Below the pieces are notes generated by a model. The model made no database searches. It was not told where the DNA came from and worked only from the letters and a program-made list of their open reading frames with translations. The position numbers and the translations under genes were made by a program. From Tubulanus polymorphus (taxonomy: Eukaryota > Animalia > Nemertea): 64,000 nt of DNA. The stretch spans positions 9,184,655 through 9,248,654 of the forward strand of contig NC_134033.1 of NCBI RefSeq assembly GCF_964204645.1, read 5' to 3'. Shown here piece after piece: positions 53,000 to 63,470 of this stretch; within the stretch, counting starts at the first letter, position 1; each line of letters opens with the position of its first letter.

Positions 53000-53434
53000 A
53001 TGGAAGATAAAGTTGATAGTATTGATATTATTCCTCATGATATAAATAAAACTAAATTAAAAACATATTTAGAAAAACAAATATTAGAATTTGAAAGTGA
53101 CTTAAAGATAAAAAAGAAAAAATATTTAAAAAGTAAAATTATATATTATTTGATTATAAGTGGTTCGGTTACAATTAGTTCTGTAATAACATTTCTAGCA
53201 ATATTCAGCCCACTAACACCTTTAGCTATATCAATTGGTGTATTAGGATTAAGTTCAAGTGTTTTAACTGGTATAAGTTCAAAATTAAATATAAACTGTA
53301 ATAAACAAAAAATAAAATCTAATATAAAAGAAATTAATAAATTAAAGAACACACTAGATTATATAATAAGTTTAAATGGTCATATAACAGCTGAAGAACA
53401 AGATAAATTATTAAAAGAATTAATAAATTATTAA
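53000..53434 (+). CDS. Putative two-TM protein (144 aa)
   Basis: Central hydrophobic hairpin flanked by charged helices. Confidence 0.7.
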   Translation: MEDKVDSIDIIPHDINKTKLKTYLEKQILEFESDLKIKKKKYLKSKIIYYLIISGSVTISSVITFLAIFSPLTPLAISIGVLGLSSSVLTGISSKLNINCNKQKIKSNIKEINKLKNTLDYIISLNGHITAEEQDKLLKELINY

Positions 53435-53451
53435 TTTTTTTAATTATATAA

Positions 53452-54840
53452 ATGGTAGATAGTTTTCCAAAAGCTTTCCGATATAATAAATCAATTAAAT
53501 ATAATATTCCAGCAATAGATTTTAATAAAGATATTACATATAGAAATGAAGTTTTAGATTCATTAACTAATTTAGAAATTTATGTTACTGAAACTAATAA
53601 TTTTAATGCAAAGATGGAAAATATATTTCATGTATATTTAATTAATTTTAAAAAATTGAAAGATGAAAAACAATGGTTATTAAAATCTAATATGAAGTAT
53701 TGGCAGAATCAATTAAATTTTGCTGTTTATTGTGCAACAACAGGATGTGGAATTAGTTGGAATGATCATTTGAATAATTCTAAATATAAATTAATTCAAA
53801 GTTTATTTAGATTTCATACATACTTTCAAATCAGAATAATATTAAATGAATTAGAGTGCGCTTTACCAGGATCTAGGTATTTCAAAGAATTAGATAATAA
53901 TATTAATTTATCAAAGTTTTATAAGATTTGCAATGAATTTAATATAGATATAAATAATTCTGATTTTAGAACAAAAATTGGAACAATAAGATCACTTCCA
54001 TGCCCTAAAAAGATTGCAGAATATTGTGCACTTCCCATACCATCTAATAGTTTTTATAATATCTATAATAATAAATTAGGTTATGGTAAAATAGAAACAA
54101 AGGATTTAGAAACATTAAATTTCAATAAATTACCAAAATTTTATGATAATTTAAAACAAGAAAACAATAATGGTTGGGTATATTTTATTTTAGAAAATAG
54201 TGAAGGTTTTACTAAATCAGGTATAGAAAGAATAAATCAATCTATTAGAACTTATTTGATTTGTATTTTAGGCGCCCAAGTTGAAACAAGATCACCGATA
54301 ATTGGAAATTTGAATACATCATTCGATACACAAAAACAATTTAAAGTTTTATTTGAAGATTCCATACATAATGATAAAAATAGATCGATTCCAGAAAACA
54401 TAATAAGATATCAAAATTATTTAGATAAATCTCATGTGAGACTTAATTATTGTATAGGCCCTAATCTATTAATTATTTCTAATGATTTAGTATTAAAGAT
54501 GGGAAATATAATTGGTTATAATAATCTAATTAAAACTGCAACAATAAATAATTCATTTGGATTAAATGATATAAATAAAAAGATTATTACTGCTCCAAAA
54601 TTAATGGAAGGTGAAAAAAATAAAGAACATATTCAATCAACTGAAACTAAAACTAAGAATATTAAATTAAATAATGATTCTAAAATAAAAGATTACAATA
54701 CATCAGAAAATAATAGAACTGATATTATTCAACATGATATAATTAAAACTGATGATGATAATAAATCCCATGAAAATACTAAATTAGCTATAACTTGTAT
54801 AGGAATTGTAATCGGAGGAATATTATATTTTAAATTTTAA
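53452..54840 (+). CDS. Uncharacterised protein with a C-terminal membrane anchor (462 aa)
   Basis: Open ORF, YWQNQLNFAVYCATTGCGIS block, terminal AITCIGIVIGGILYF. Confidence 0.7.
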   Translation: MVDSFPKAFRYNKSIKYNIPAIDFNKDITYRNEVLDSLTNLEIYVTETNNFNAKMENIFHVYLINFKKLKDEKQWLLKSNMKYWQNQLNFAVYCATTGCGISWNDHLNNSKYKLIQSLFRFHTYFQIRIILNELECALPGSRYFKELDNNINLSKFYKICNEFNIDINNSDFRTKIGTIRSLPCPKKIAEYCALPIPSNSFYNIYNNKLGYGKIETKDLETLNFNKLPKFYDNLKQENNNGWVYFILENSEGFTKSGIERINQSIRTYLICILGAQVETRSPIIGNLNTSFDTQKQFKVLFEDSIHNDKNRSIPENIIRYQNYLDKSHVRLNYCIGPNLLIISNDLVLKMGNIIGYNNLIKTATINNSFGLNDINKKIITAPKLMEGEKNKEHIQSTETKTKNIKLNNDSKIKDYNTSENNRTDIIQHDIIKTDDDNKSHENTKLAITCIGIVIGGILYFKF

Positions 54841-54856
54841 TTTTTTTATTATGTAA

Positions 54857-56573
54857 ATGGATGTAGAAGGTGGAGAAGATTATGAAATGGATGACATGGG
54901 AAATGATAATGAAGGATATATTGATGATGATTATAATGATGCAGGCGCTAATATTGATAATGATGATGAATCAGCATATAATACTAATTTAGGTGAAGAT
55001 GATGATTATGATGATGATGATCCCGAATTACGTGAAAAATTAAATAAATATTTAAAAGCTCCTGAAATTGGTAGAATTTCAACTAGAAGAGAAAGAAAAG
55101 AATTTATGGAACTATTAGAAAAACAACAAGAAAAATATCCTGGCGAACCTATGGAATTATATAAAATGAAATCTAGAGTAACAGATACAATTGTTAACGA
55201 ATTACTACCAATAGCTGTAATACATGAAATTGATACAGAAGGTGTTGTAGAACAAATTTTTAAAGATGACCCATATTTCACAAATAATTTAGAATTTAAA
55301 AATGATGCATGGTATTATAATATTGATTTAAATAGGAATATTGTAACAATTCAATTATCTAAAATGGGTCAAGAAAATATTTATGAACCTGAAATGCGAG
55401 CAACATCTACAATTGAAGGTTCAAAAGGTGGTAGAGAATTTCTTAGAATTATATGGAATGCAATCGATAGAATAAATAAAGAAAAACCAATTCCTAAAAT
55501 TGATATAAACAAATATTCACCATTTAAAAATCCATTTAAAAATCCAAATCCTACTGATTTTGATTCAAAAATGGAAGAGAATAGAAATCGATTAGATAGA
55601 TTGAGATCTTCAACACCCGAAACATCGAGAAGAGACACTCAACAAATTGATAATTATTCAAGTAAATTACAATTAGAAAAACAAATTGATAGATTAAGAG
55701 ATTCAGAAGAACTGATGAATAGTATATCAGATACATCTGGTTCTGAAACTGGAATAAATCGACTGCAATATTTACTAGAAAAAGGATTTCTTAATTTAAC
55801 TGATGAAGAATTAGAAGCATTTCCTAAACAAATACGTAGAGAAATTAAAGGTATACAAGTATCAGCTGATGAAATTGCTAATATTAAGATGAGATTTTCT
55901 AAAATAACCATATTAGAAAAAGAATTAGTTAATGTAGATGAAGAATTAAAACAATTAGAATTAAATAGAGATTTTAATGTAGTTTATGAAGCTGATTTTG
56001 AAAGCAGACAGTTAGTTTTAGTAAAAGAAATAGATGATTTAGAATATAACATAAAATTACAAAAAGAAGAAAGAGATATATTATTAAAATCATATGATCT
56101 TAATCATATTAAAAAATTAAAAGTTTTTTTTTAAAGATTTGTTGATTAAACCAGATTCTGAAATATCATTAAAAGACAGAATAAGATTATTATTTAAATT
56201 AGAAGGTATAACAATTCTTTCAATTGTAACAGCTGTAACTATGTTATTTACAACAATTGGTTTAGCTATATCAAATGCTTTAAAATCTACTCCTACTCCC
56301 ACTCCCAATAAACCAGATAAACCTCCACGTAATAATTCTATACAAGATAAAGTAAAAGATGGTTTAAAGAAATTAGCAAAATATTTATGGGAACTATCTA
56401 AAAAATCTGCTGCAGCTTTACCAGGAGTTATTGCTTCAATTGTTGGTTTTATATTGAAATCTGCAGGAAACATTATTAACTTTGCTGCTGAACATATTTT
56501 TTTATTCTTAATTACAGTTGTAAGTGCTATTATTTTTGGTTTAGTAAATATGATATCAAAAAATATCAAGTAA
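54857..56573 (+). CDS. Acidic/coiled-coil protein with C-terminal hydrophobic helices; probably one gene frameshifted in a T9 run near 56128
   Basis: ORFs 54857-56134 and 56139-56573 adjoin at aagtttttttttaaag; the second lacks an ATG and the upstream motif. Confidence 0.65.
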
Positions 56574-56614
56574 ACCATAATCAAAAATAAATAATTAATT
56601 TTTTTGTTCAATAA

Positions 56615-57859
56615 ATGAGTGGGAGTTATATAAGTCCTTCGAAGAATCATAGAATATCTAATGCTATTAAAGCAGAAAGATCACATCATATAATTACTCA
56701 TAACCCTTCAAATATTAATCCCGATGAAACTTTATACGTTAGAATCCCTCGATTAACACAAAATACTTTTTATGTTCCAAACAGTATTTATTTATCAGCT
56801 GATATAAAAGTAATCGGTAATAATAATAATTATGTCGTTGATAATGTTGGAAGATATTTGATTAAAAAGTTAACAATAAAGATTGGTCCAGAAACAGTTT
56901 TCTCATTAGATGATTATAATTTATTTTCACATTATAAAGATTTATGGTTAACTAAAGAAAATAGAAATAATATGATATTTCAAGGAATTCAATCAGAAAA
57001 CCAAAATAAATTAAGATCAGAAGCTAATAGCGCAATATTAACTAATGATGTAGATAAATTGATAAAAAGTATATATGGAAGCAAATATAAAATTCCATTA
57101 GACTTTGAATTGATAAATAATAATGCACCTTTATATAAATACGCAATTCAAGAAGATATTATATTTGAGATAACATTTGCTCCTGTAAATGAAATTGTAT
57201 TATCTTGCGTTAATAAAGATATGAGTTATAAATTATCGAATATATGTTTAGAATATGATACAGTAACTGATGAAAATATTTCAAGTATAATTCAAACTCA
57301 ATACAATCAAGGGTTTTCATTATTATATGATTATATTGATAAATTTAAAACTGTAACTATTAATGCAAATGATGAAATAATTAATGAGAATATTAACTTT
57401 CCTAGAAGATCTATTAAAGGTATATTAATATTTTTTACCATTGGAACGTATACTAATGGCGCAATAAATGTTGATAATTATTATAATCCTGAAATAACAA
57501 AAGTAGAAATAACTATCGAAGGAATAGCAAATAAAATATTTTGTCAAGGAATGAGAATGATTGATCAATGGGTAGAAATTAGAAAACATTTTATGAATGA
57601 AAAAGTGAAATCATTTGAAAATTGTAACATTAATCAAATTGATTATTATACCGGTAATAAATATGCATTATGGTTAGATTTTAGAACAGAGGATAATTCA
57701 TTACACGGTTCTGGGAAAAAACTACAGAACACTAAAGATGGAATACAATTATTCATGATAAAGAAAAAGGGAATCAAAAATTTTAAAATGCATATTTATA
57801 TTATATCTGACGCGCAATTAAATATTGTAAATTCACAATTAGATAGTGTTATGTATTAA
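56615..57859 (+). CDS. Probable double-jelly-roll major capsid protein
   Basis: 414 aa, beta-strand-rich pattern, ALWLDF..SG..IQL..IISDAQLNI C-terminus, genomic context. Confidence 0.7.
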   Translation: MSGSYISPSKNHRISNAIKAERSHHIITHNPSNINPDETLYVRIPRLTQNTFYVPNSIYLSADIKVIGNNNNYVVDNVGRYLIKKLTIKIGPETVFSLDDYNLFSHYKDLWLTKENRNNMIFQGIQSENQNKLRSEANSAILTNDVDKLIKSIYGSKYKIPLDFELINNNAPLYKYAIQEDIIFEITFAPVNEIVLSCVNKDMSYKLSNICLEYDTVTDENISSIIQTQYNQGFSLLYDYIDKFKTVTINANDEIINENINFPRRSIKGILIFFTIGTYTNGAINVDNYYNPEITKVEITIEGIANKIFCQGMRMIDQWVEIRKHFMNEKVKSFENCNINQIDYYTGNKYALWLDFRTEDNSLHGSGKKLQNTKDGIQLFMIKKKGIKNFKMHIYIISDAQLNIVNSQLDSVMY

Positions 57860-57891
57860 AATTTTAACTTTAATAAAAATCTATATAATAA

Positions 57892-58959
57892 ATGGAAGGA
57901 GGTAAAGTATATGAAAGAATCAAAGCTGATAAAGAAATCAATGATGATTTGTATTATGTAATACCTTATAAAAGAATAAATGAATATATTGGAACATTTT
58001 TATTAAATGAATTAAATCAATACAAAGAATATTTAATTGAACGTAATAATAATATTGATATAAAAATAGAAGATAATATTGAAACAAAAATAGAAGATAA
58101 TATTGAAACAAAAATAGATAATAATATTGAAACAAAAATAGAAGATAATGTTATACCTTCTACATCGAATGATGATAAGATTGAAACAAAAATAGAACAT
58201 AATATTGAACCTAAAATAGAAAAATCAAATGTTCAACCAAAAGATAACATTAGATGTATGTATTGTGAAGAAGATTTTGATAATTATAATGATTATTTAT
58301 TACACATCAAAAAAGATGAACATATTTTACAATTAGTAAAAACATATGCCAATATATATAAAGATAAATGCAAAGAGGATCAGAATTATTGTGCCTTCTG
58401 TAATGAATGTATAACAAAGGCTAATTGGGCAAAACATTATAAATTAAAAACAAAAGGTGGAAATGATTCAGCCCATGCAATACAAGTATTTAAATCTTGG
58501 TGTGAAAAATGTAAAGAATATGTAATATATGATAAACAATTGAATCATAAATACTCAATTAAACATATTGGTACAGATAATATAATAGAAAATCCAACAG
58601 TTATAAATCCAAAATTTAATAAAAAGAATATATCAGATTATCGGTGGTATAGAAAAACATTTATAGATTATTTCTTGAGTAATGATATAGTTACCATATT
58701 GAAAAAGTTAGATAACTTTAAACCAAATGTAACTTATGCAATGAACTTATTTGAACTTAAATATGATGATTTTAGAGAATTTTTAAATAAACATCCATCT
58801 AAAACTGAAATCGAAAATTATATTCCAAAAATATTTTCAAGAGAAACATTCAGGAAATATAAACTCGGGAATCATTTAGGACCTATACCAATGAAAATGC
58901 AAAGGGATATATATTTAGAATACAATAAGCTTAAAGAAAAATATGAAAATGAAAATTAA
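57892..58959 (+). CDS. Zinc-finger protein with IETKIEDN repeats
   Basis: CMYC..HIKKDEH, CAFC, CEKC..H; 24-bp tandem repeats at ~58060-58220. Confidence 0.7.
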   Translation: MEGGKVYERIKADKEINDDLYYVIPYKRINEYIGTFLLNELNQYKEYLIERNNNIDIKIEDNIETKIEDNIETKIDNNIETKIEDNVIPSTSNDDKIETKIEHNIEPKIEKSNVQPKDNIRCMYCEEDFDNYNDYLLHIKKDEHILQLVKTYANIYKDKCKEDQNYCAFCNECITKANWAKHYKLKTKGGNDSAHAIQVFKSWCEKCKEYVIYDKQLNHKYSIKHIGTDNIIENPTVINPKFNKKNISDYRWYRKTFIDYFLSNDIVTILKKLDNFKPNVTYAMNLFELKYDDFREFLNKHPSKTEIENYIPKIFSRETFRKYKLGNHLGPIPMKMQRDIYLEYNKLKEKYENEN

Positions 58960-58963
58960 AAAG

Positions 58964-59340
58964 ATTATAGAATTCACTGTATATTGATGGATGAATGGAT
59001 GAGTTGGATGAGTTGGATGAATTGGATGAGTGGAAGAGTGGATGAGTGTAATAATATATATATTTTACTTTTTAACACATAAATTGGAAGAATAGTATGA
59101 GTATAAATATAATATTTATATTCTTTATTAAATTTAACACAATATATATATTGTGTTAAATAATATTTAAATATAATATAAAATTGATAAAATAACTTCA
59201 AATCAAACTCTTACTGTTTTAAAAATAAAAAACATATGTAAATTATATATTATTACACTCATCCATTCATCCACTCTTCCAATTCATCCAATTCATCCAA
59301 TTCATCCACTCATCCATCAATATACAGTGAATTCTATAAT
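58964..59340. repeat. ~95-bp inverted repeat built of TGGATGA units between the convergent gene blocks
   Basis: attatagaattcactgtatattgatggatga... / ...tcatccatcaatatacagtgaattctataat. Confidence 0.92.
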
Positions 59341-59356
59341 ATTTTGAATTAGGATT

Positions 59357-59968
59357 TTATTTTATAAATTTATATTCATAGGGAAATTGTAATCTCATTA
59401 ATAATTTTGAACCTTTATTATTCTTTAATTTATTCATATATTCATCATGTAATTCAGTAGGTATAATTTGATTTTCTTCCAATGATTGTTGCATAGATTT
59501 TCTATCTTTGTTGTAGAATAAAACTAGAAATCTTATATTCTCTCTAAAATCTTTCACAATTGAATTATATTTCTGATTTAAAACCCATGTTGTTATCCCA
59601 AAATGTCTACCAGAGAAAGCTAAATAACATAACTCACTTTCTCTAATTTTAGAATCATGTAAATTTGCGCAATATTCAATAATAAATAATGTATTTGATC
59701 CTTTATAAATATCTAATGCAATTTTTATACAATTATTTAAATTATCTTTCACTGTTTTAGGGTCTAATATAATAAACTTTTTTATCTTAACTATATCTCT
59801 ATTATATGTTTTATTCATTTCATATGTAGGACAGAATAATATTATATTATCAAAATGATTCTTATAAATAGTTTCTAACAAGTCTAATATGAAGTGTGTT
59901 TTACCACAATTGGTTACTCCAGTTATTAACATATTATGTGGTTCAAATATAAATAAATCTTTATTCAT
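59357..59968 (-). CDS. A32/FtsK-like packaging ATPase, Walker B altered
   Basis: GVTNCGKT; FIIEY where element 1 has FIIDD. Confidence 0.88.
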   Translation of the reverse strand: MNKDLFIFEPHNMLITGVTNCGKTHFILDLLETIYKNHFDNIILFCPTYEMNKTYNRDIVKIKKFIILDPKTVKDNLNNCIKIALDIYKGSNTLFIIEYCANLHDSKIRESELCYLAFSGRHFGITTWVLNQKYNSIVKDFRENIRFLVLFYNKDRKSMQQSLEENQIIPTELHDEYMNKLKNNKGSKLLMRLQFPYEYKFIK

Positions 59969-61050
59969 TTATTCTTTTAATTTTACTAGATAAAATCCAT
60001 TCATTAAATTTATCATCATATCCTTTATATTTCACCAAAGAATACTTTTTTCCTTTAAGAGTTTTTGTTTTCAATACCTTTTCTATTTTGTATTCTATTT
60101 CATCTGGATTTGGTACTAATGATAATTCTTGTTCATAAAAATAACCTAATATTTCTTCATCTTTTAAATCAAACAATTTATAAACAAATGGTTTAGTTAA
60201 TATTATCTTTTTAATTTTAAATATTTCTTCAGTAAAATTAGGGGTATAACCTTTATAAAATGTTTTTCGATATTTAGAAATTCTAACATGTCGTCCTATT
60301 TTAAATTTAGGTTCTCCAAAATCATGTGTAACAAATGCTCCATATAAATTATTCCAAACTATTTCTGAATTTTCTTCTTGTCTAGCTTGTATAGGTTTCA
60401 TATTTATAGAATTATGTTTAGAATTATTATAACCTTTCACTAAATCATCTAACACATCGATATATTTATATGTTTCATTAGCGGTGAAATATTTCCACAT
60501 TCTAGTTTTCAATGTTTTATTAAATCTTTCTATAACAGATGCTTTTTTATCTGAATGTGTTGAAAAATATTCTACATCGTTATCAGTTAATAGTTTTTTT
60601 AAAATGTTTGTTATAAAATTCTTTACCTTCATCAAATTGTATTTTATCTGGGATAGCTTCTTTAAATATTAATTTGAAAGAATTTGTAACTTCTATTCTA
60701 GTTTTATTTTTAATCGGGATACTCCATGCGTATCTACTGAATATATCTATAACATTTAGTATCCAAAAATATCCTTTGTTATATTCTTCTAAGTTTTTCA
60801 TATCAATTAAATCAGCTTGCCATTGTTGGTCAATATATGAAACCATTACTTTTCTTGTTAAATATTTTTTATCCATCTTTTTATGAATTTGATATGTGGG
60901 TTGATTTTGTAACCATGATTTTAATTCACTATATTTTATATTGCTATTATCAGATTTAATTTTATCCCATAATTCCGAAACACTTGAATATGAAACTTCA
61001 CTTTCTGGGTTATAATATAAATCTCTTAAATATTGTTCTTTTTTCATCAT
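59961..61050 (-). pseudogene. int: DDE integrase with chromodomain, one frameshift in an A-run near 60597
   Basis: WQADLID, QFDEGKEF, IERFNKTLK, YKIEKVLK..VKYKGYDDKFNEWI. Confidence 0.92.
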
Positions 61051-61053
61051 ATT

Positions 61054-61422
61054 TTAATCCATTAATAATATTTTAGATTTATTTTCATTTGATTTATTTT
61101 CTGGTGGTTTATTGTCTGTACATGGGTAACGAAGTTTCCGTTCATCATTATCATTATCACTTTCATTATTATTAAATTTATATTTATATATTACACCAGA
61201 GAATATAATTACTGTGATTAATCCAATTGTAATATATAATTTATTATTACTTCCAGCATTATAAGAATTAGATGGATTATTATTTGAATTAATACCAGAT
61301 TCATTTATATCAGTTAATTTCTTTTTCTTAGCTTTTTTTAATTCTGAAGATCTTTTACCTAATTCTCTTGCCCATTTAATTTGTTTCTCGGATCTAGCCT
61401 TTTTCTTAACTCCATCACTCAT
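61054..61422 (-). CDS. Single-TM protein with a basic N-terminus (122 aa)
   Basis: LYITIGLITVIIFSGVIY; homolog at 2232. Confidence 0.7.
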   Translation of the reverse strand: MSDGVKKKARSEKQIKWARELGKRSSELKKAKKKKLTDINESGINSNNNPSNSYNAGSNNKLYITIGLITVIIFSGVIYKYKFNNNESDNDNDERKLRYPCTDNKPPENKSNENKSKILLMD

Positions 61423-62017
61423 TTATTTTAGTTAATTTTTGTTCTGATTCATTTTCTGTTTCGACGTTTGGTTGTAGTACATCTGTTTCGTTCTTACCTG
61501 ATTTATATTCCATAGGTTTGATATTCGAAAATGTTATAACTCCAGTAGAAATTAATGTCATAACCGATCCTAATTGAAATGAAGCATATCCAACCCATTT
61601 TTGTAATTCAGTCATAACTAAATAGTCATTTTTCAAATCATTATGTAATTTATTTTCATCATCAATTGGTATTAACTGGTTACATAATTTTGAATAACAT
61701 TTGACAATACCATTAGAAATAGAATCATTTATTCTAGCTAATCTTGACTCTTCATAAATCTTAAAATATTTGATTACTTTATCTGGTTTCATAGCATCTA
61801 GTTCTTGAAAAGTAATGATTCTATTTAAAAACTCCTTAGATTTCCCGCCAGCAATTAATAATTCAAGATGATGCTTACAATATAAATAGTATTCATAATC
61901 TATATTGTTATTAACTTGAATAGAATTAGAAACAACTGTATCTTTATTATCACTAATACCCAAATCATCTAATGTTTTTTCAATATCAATACTATTCTTA
62001 TTAGATTTCTTTGACAT
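61415..62017 (-). CDS. Conserved hypothetical Polinton protein (200 aa)
   Basis: Homolog at 1733-2230. Confidence 0.75.
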   Translation of the reverse strand: MSKKSNKNSIDIEKTLDDLGISDNKDTVVSNSIQVNNNIDYEYYLYCKHHLELLIAGGKSKEFLNRIITFQELDAMKPDKVIKYFKIYEESRLARINDSISNGIVKCYSKLCNQLIPIDDENKLHNDLKNDYLVMTELQKWVGYASFQLGSVMTLISTGVITFSNIKPMEYKSGKNETDVLQPNVETENESEQKLTKINE

Positions 62018-62319
62018 TTATATTAGAGAAATTTAATAAGAATAGTATTATAAGTATTCTTCAAATGATGCTAGATAGTTAAAGTTAAAGAACTCTAGTA
62101 TTGACTACTGATACTAGCTATTTGAATTTAAAGAATTTCTATTCGGATCTATTCAAAATATAAAGTATTCTCTTTTTGAAAAAAAATTTTAAAAATATAA
62201 TAGAATTCACTAGCAGTTGAAGTTATTGTTTTTTTATTATATTTTATTTAAATTAGGATTTAATATCTCACTACTATTGTCTATCTATTAGGAGCAGTAA
62301 CTATAACTGTCCAGATAAG

Positions 62320-62997
62320 TCATTTCGGATCCTTGATATCAAATTCCTCAACGTATCGTTCATTATTTGGATTATTGTTCCATTGATCAATAAATTTCTT
62401 TGCTTTTGTTAACTGTTCTAAATATAACTGTAAATCTAGTTTATTAGATTTGATTTGATTTTCTTTCTTTTCTAAAGGTCTTAAATTTTTCCAACCCCAA
62501 ATAAGTTTTTTATTGTATTCATCATTCATGTTAAATTTAGATATTGGTAACACGTGATCAATATGGTAATAATCCCCATAATTATCTATATTCATTTTAT
62601 CATCGAATTGATATATAATCCATGATTTTAGAAATTCATCTGAACAAGCCAATAAATTAGATAATGTTTCTGAATGTGTTTCTTTGTTGAATAATTGTGT
62701 TAATCTAGACCGTAAACATTGTTTCAATCTAAAATTAAGATCTGTTTGATATCTTTCTCTCATATATTCTGTCATATAATCATTGTAATGTTCTATATTA
62801 TCTTCTCGATATTGTTTGGTATATAGTTTAATGCAAGTTTTACAGTAATATTGAAAACCATCTTTGCTAATCTTACGCTTACTAAATTCTGTTAAAGCTA
62901 ATTTATCTAATTCACATTTAGAACACTTTTTGTAATATATATTTATAACACCAGTGTTATTTGTAATATTGATAGTTTGTGGTTGTTCTGGTTCCAT
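62320..62997 (-). CDS. HNH endonuclease with N-terminal CxxC..CxxC
   Basis: KKCSKC..YYCKTC; YHIDHVLP..WKNLRPL..ENQIKSN. Confidence 0.8.
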   Translation of the reverse strand: MEPEQPQTINITNNTGVINIYYKKCSKCELDKLALTEFSKRKISKDGFQYYCKTCIKLYTKQYREDNIEHYNDYMTEYMRERYQTDLNFRLKQCLRSRLTQLFNKETHSETLSNLLACSDEFLKSWIIYQFDDKMNIDNYGDYYHIDHVLPISKFNMNDEYNKKLIWGWKNLRPLEKKENQIKSNKLDLQLYLEQLTKAKKFIDQWNNNPNNERYVEEFDIKDPK

Positions 62998-63149
62998 TTA
63001 TTATACGTATTTTTTTACTAAATTGGTTAATATTTTATAATCCTCTTCCATTTCTTCGACCAACGTCATCCTTTTTCATTCTTCGTTGCTTTTGATAAGT
63101 TGTTTCAATTCCTTGATATCTAAATAATACCACTGGGCAAAAACCCAGT

Positions 63150-63470
63150 TTTTTGCTTAATGCGCATGCGTTAATCATAATTATATATTCATTCTATAAA
63201 TTCTGTAAAATAGAAACAACACATGCGTTACATGCGTCACATGCGGCCATTTATGGCCGGTTTTGATCAATGCGCATGCGCTAATCATAATTATAAATTC
63301 ATTCTATAAATTCTGTAAAATAGAAACAACTGAACATAGAAAATTCAAACGCATTCATGTCCCTCGTCACATGCGTTACATGTGTCAGTCACATGCGGCC
63401 ATTTATGGCCGGTTTTGCTTAATGCGCATGCGTTAAACATAATAGAAACGACTGAACATAAAAATTCACA
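63150..63470. repeat. Three degenerate 110-150-bp tandem units with TGCGCATGCG and GGCCATTTATGGCC palindromes
   Basis: tgcgcatgcg at 63161, 63271 and 63423. Confidence 0.8.

Larger units (their letters stand above)
51951..56617 (+). promoter_or_regulatory. Recurrent TAA-T(7-8)-N-TAAATG motif upstream of the capsid/membrane genes
   Basis: Starts 19-20 nt before the ATGs at 51970, 52558, 53000, 53452, 54857 and 56615; promoter function is inferred. Confidence 0.7.

Noticed and set aside
55006-56650. Antisense ORFs over Polinton genes
   Set aside because: Shadow frames lacking the upstream motif and recognisable domains
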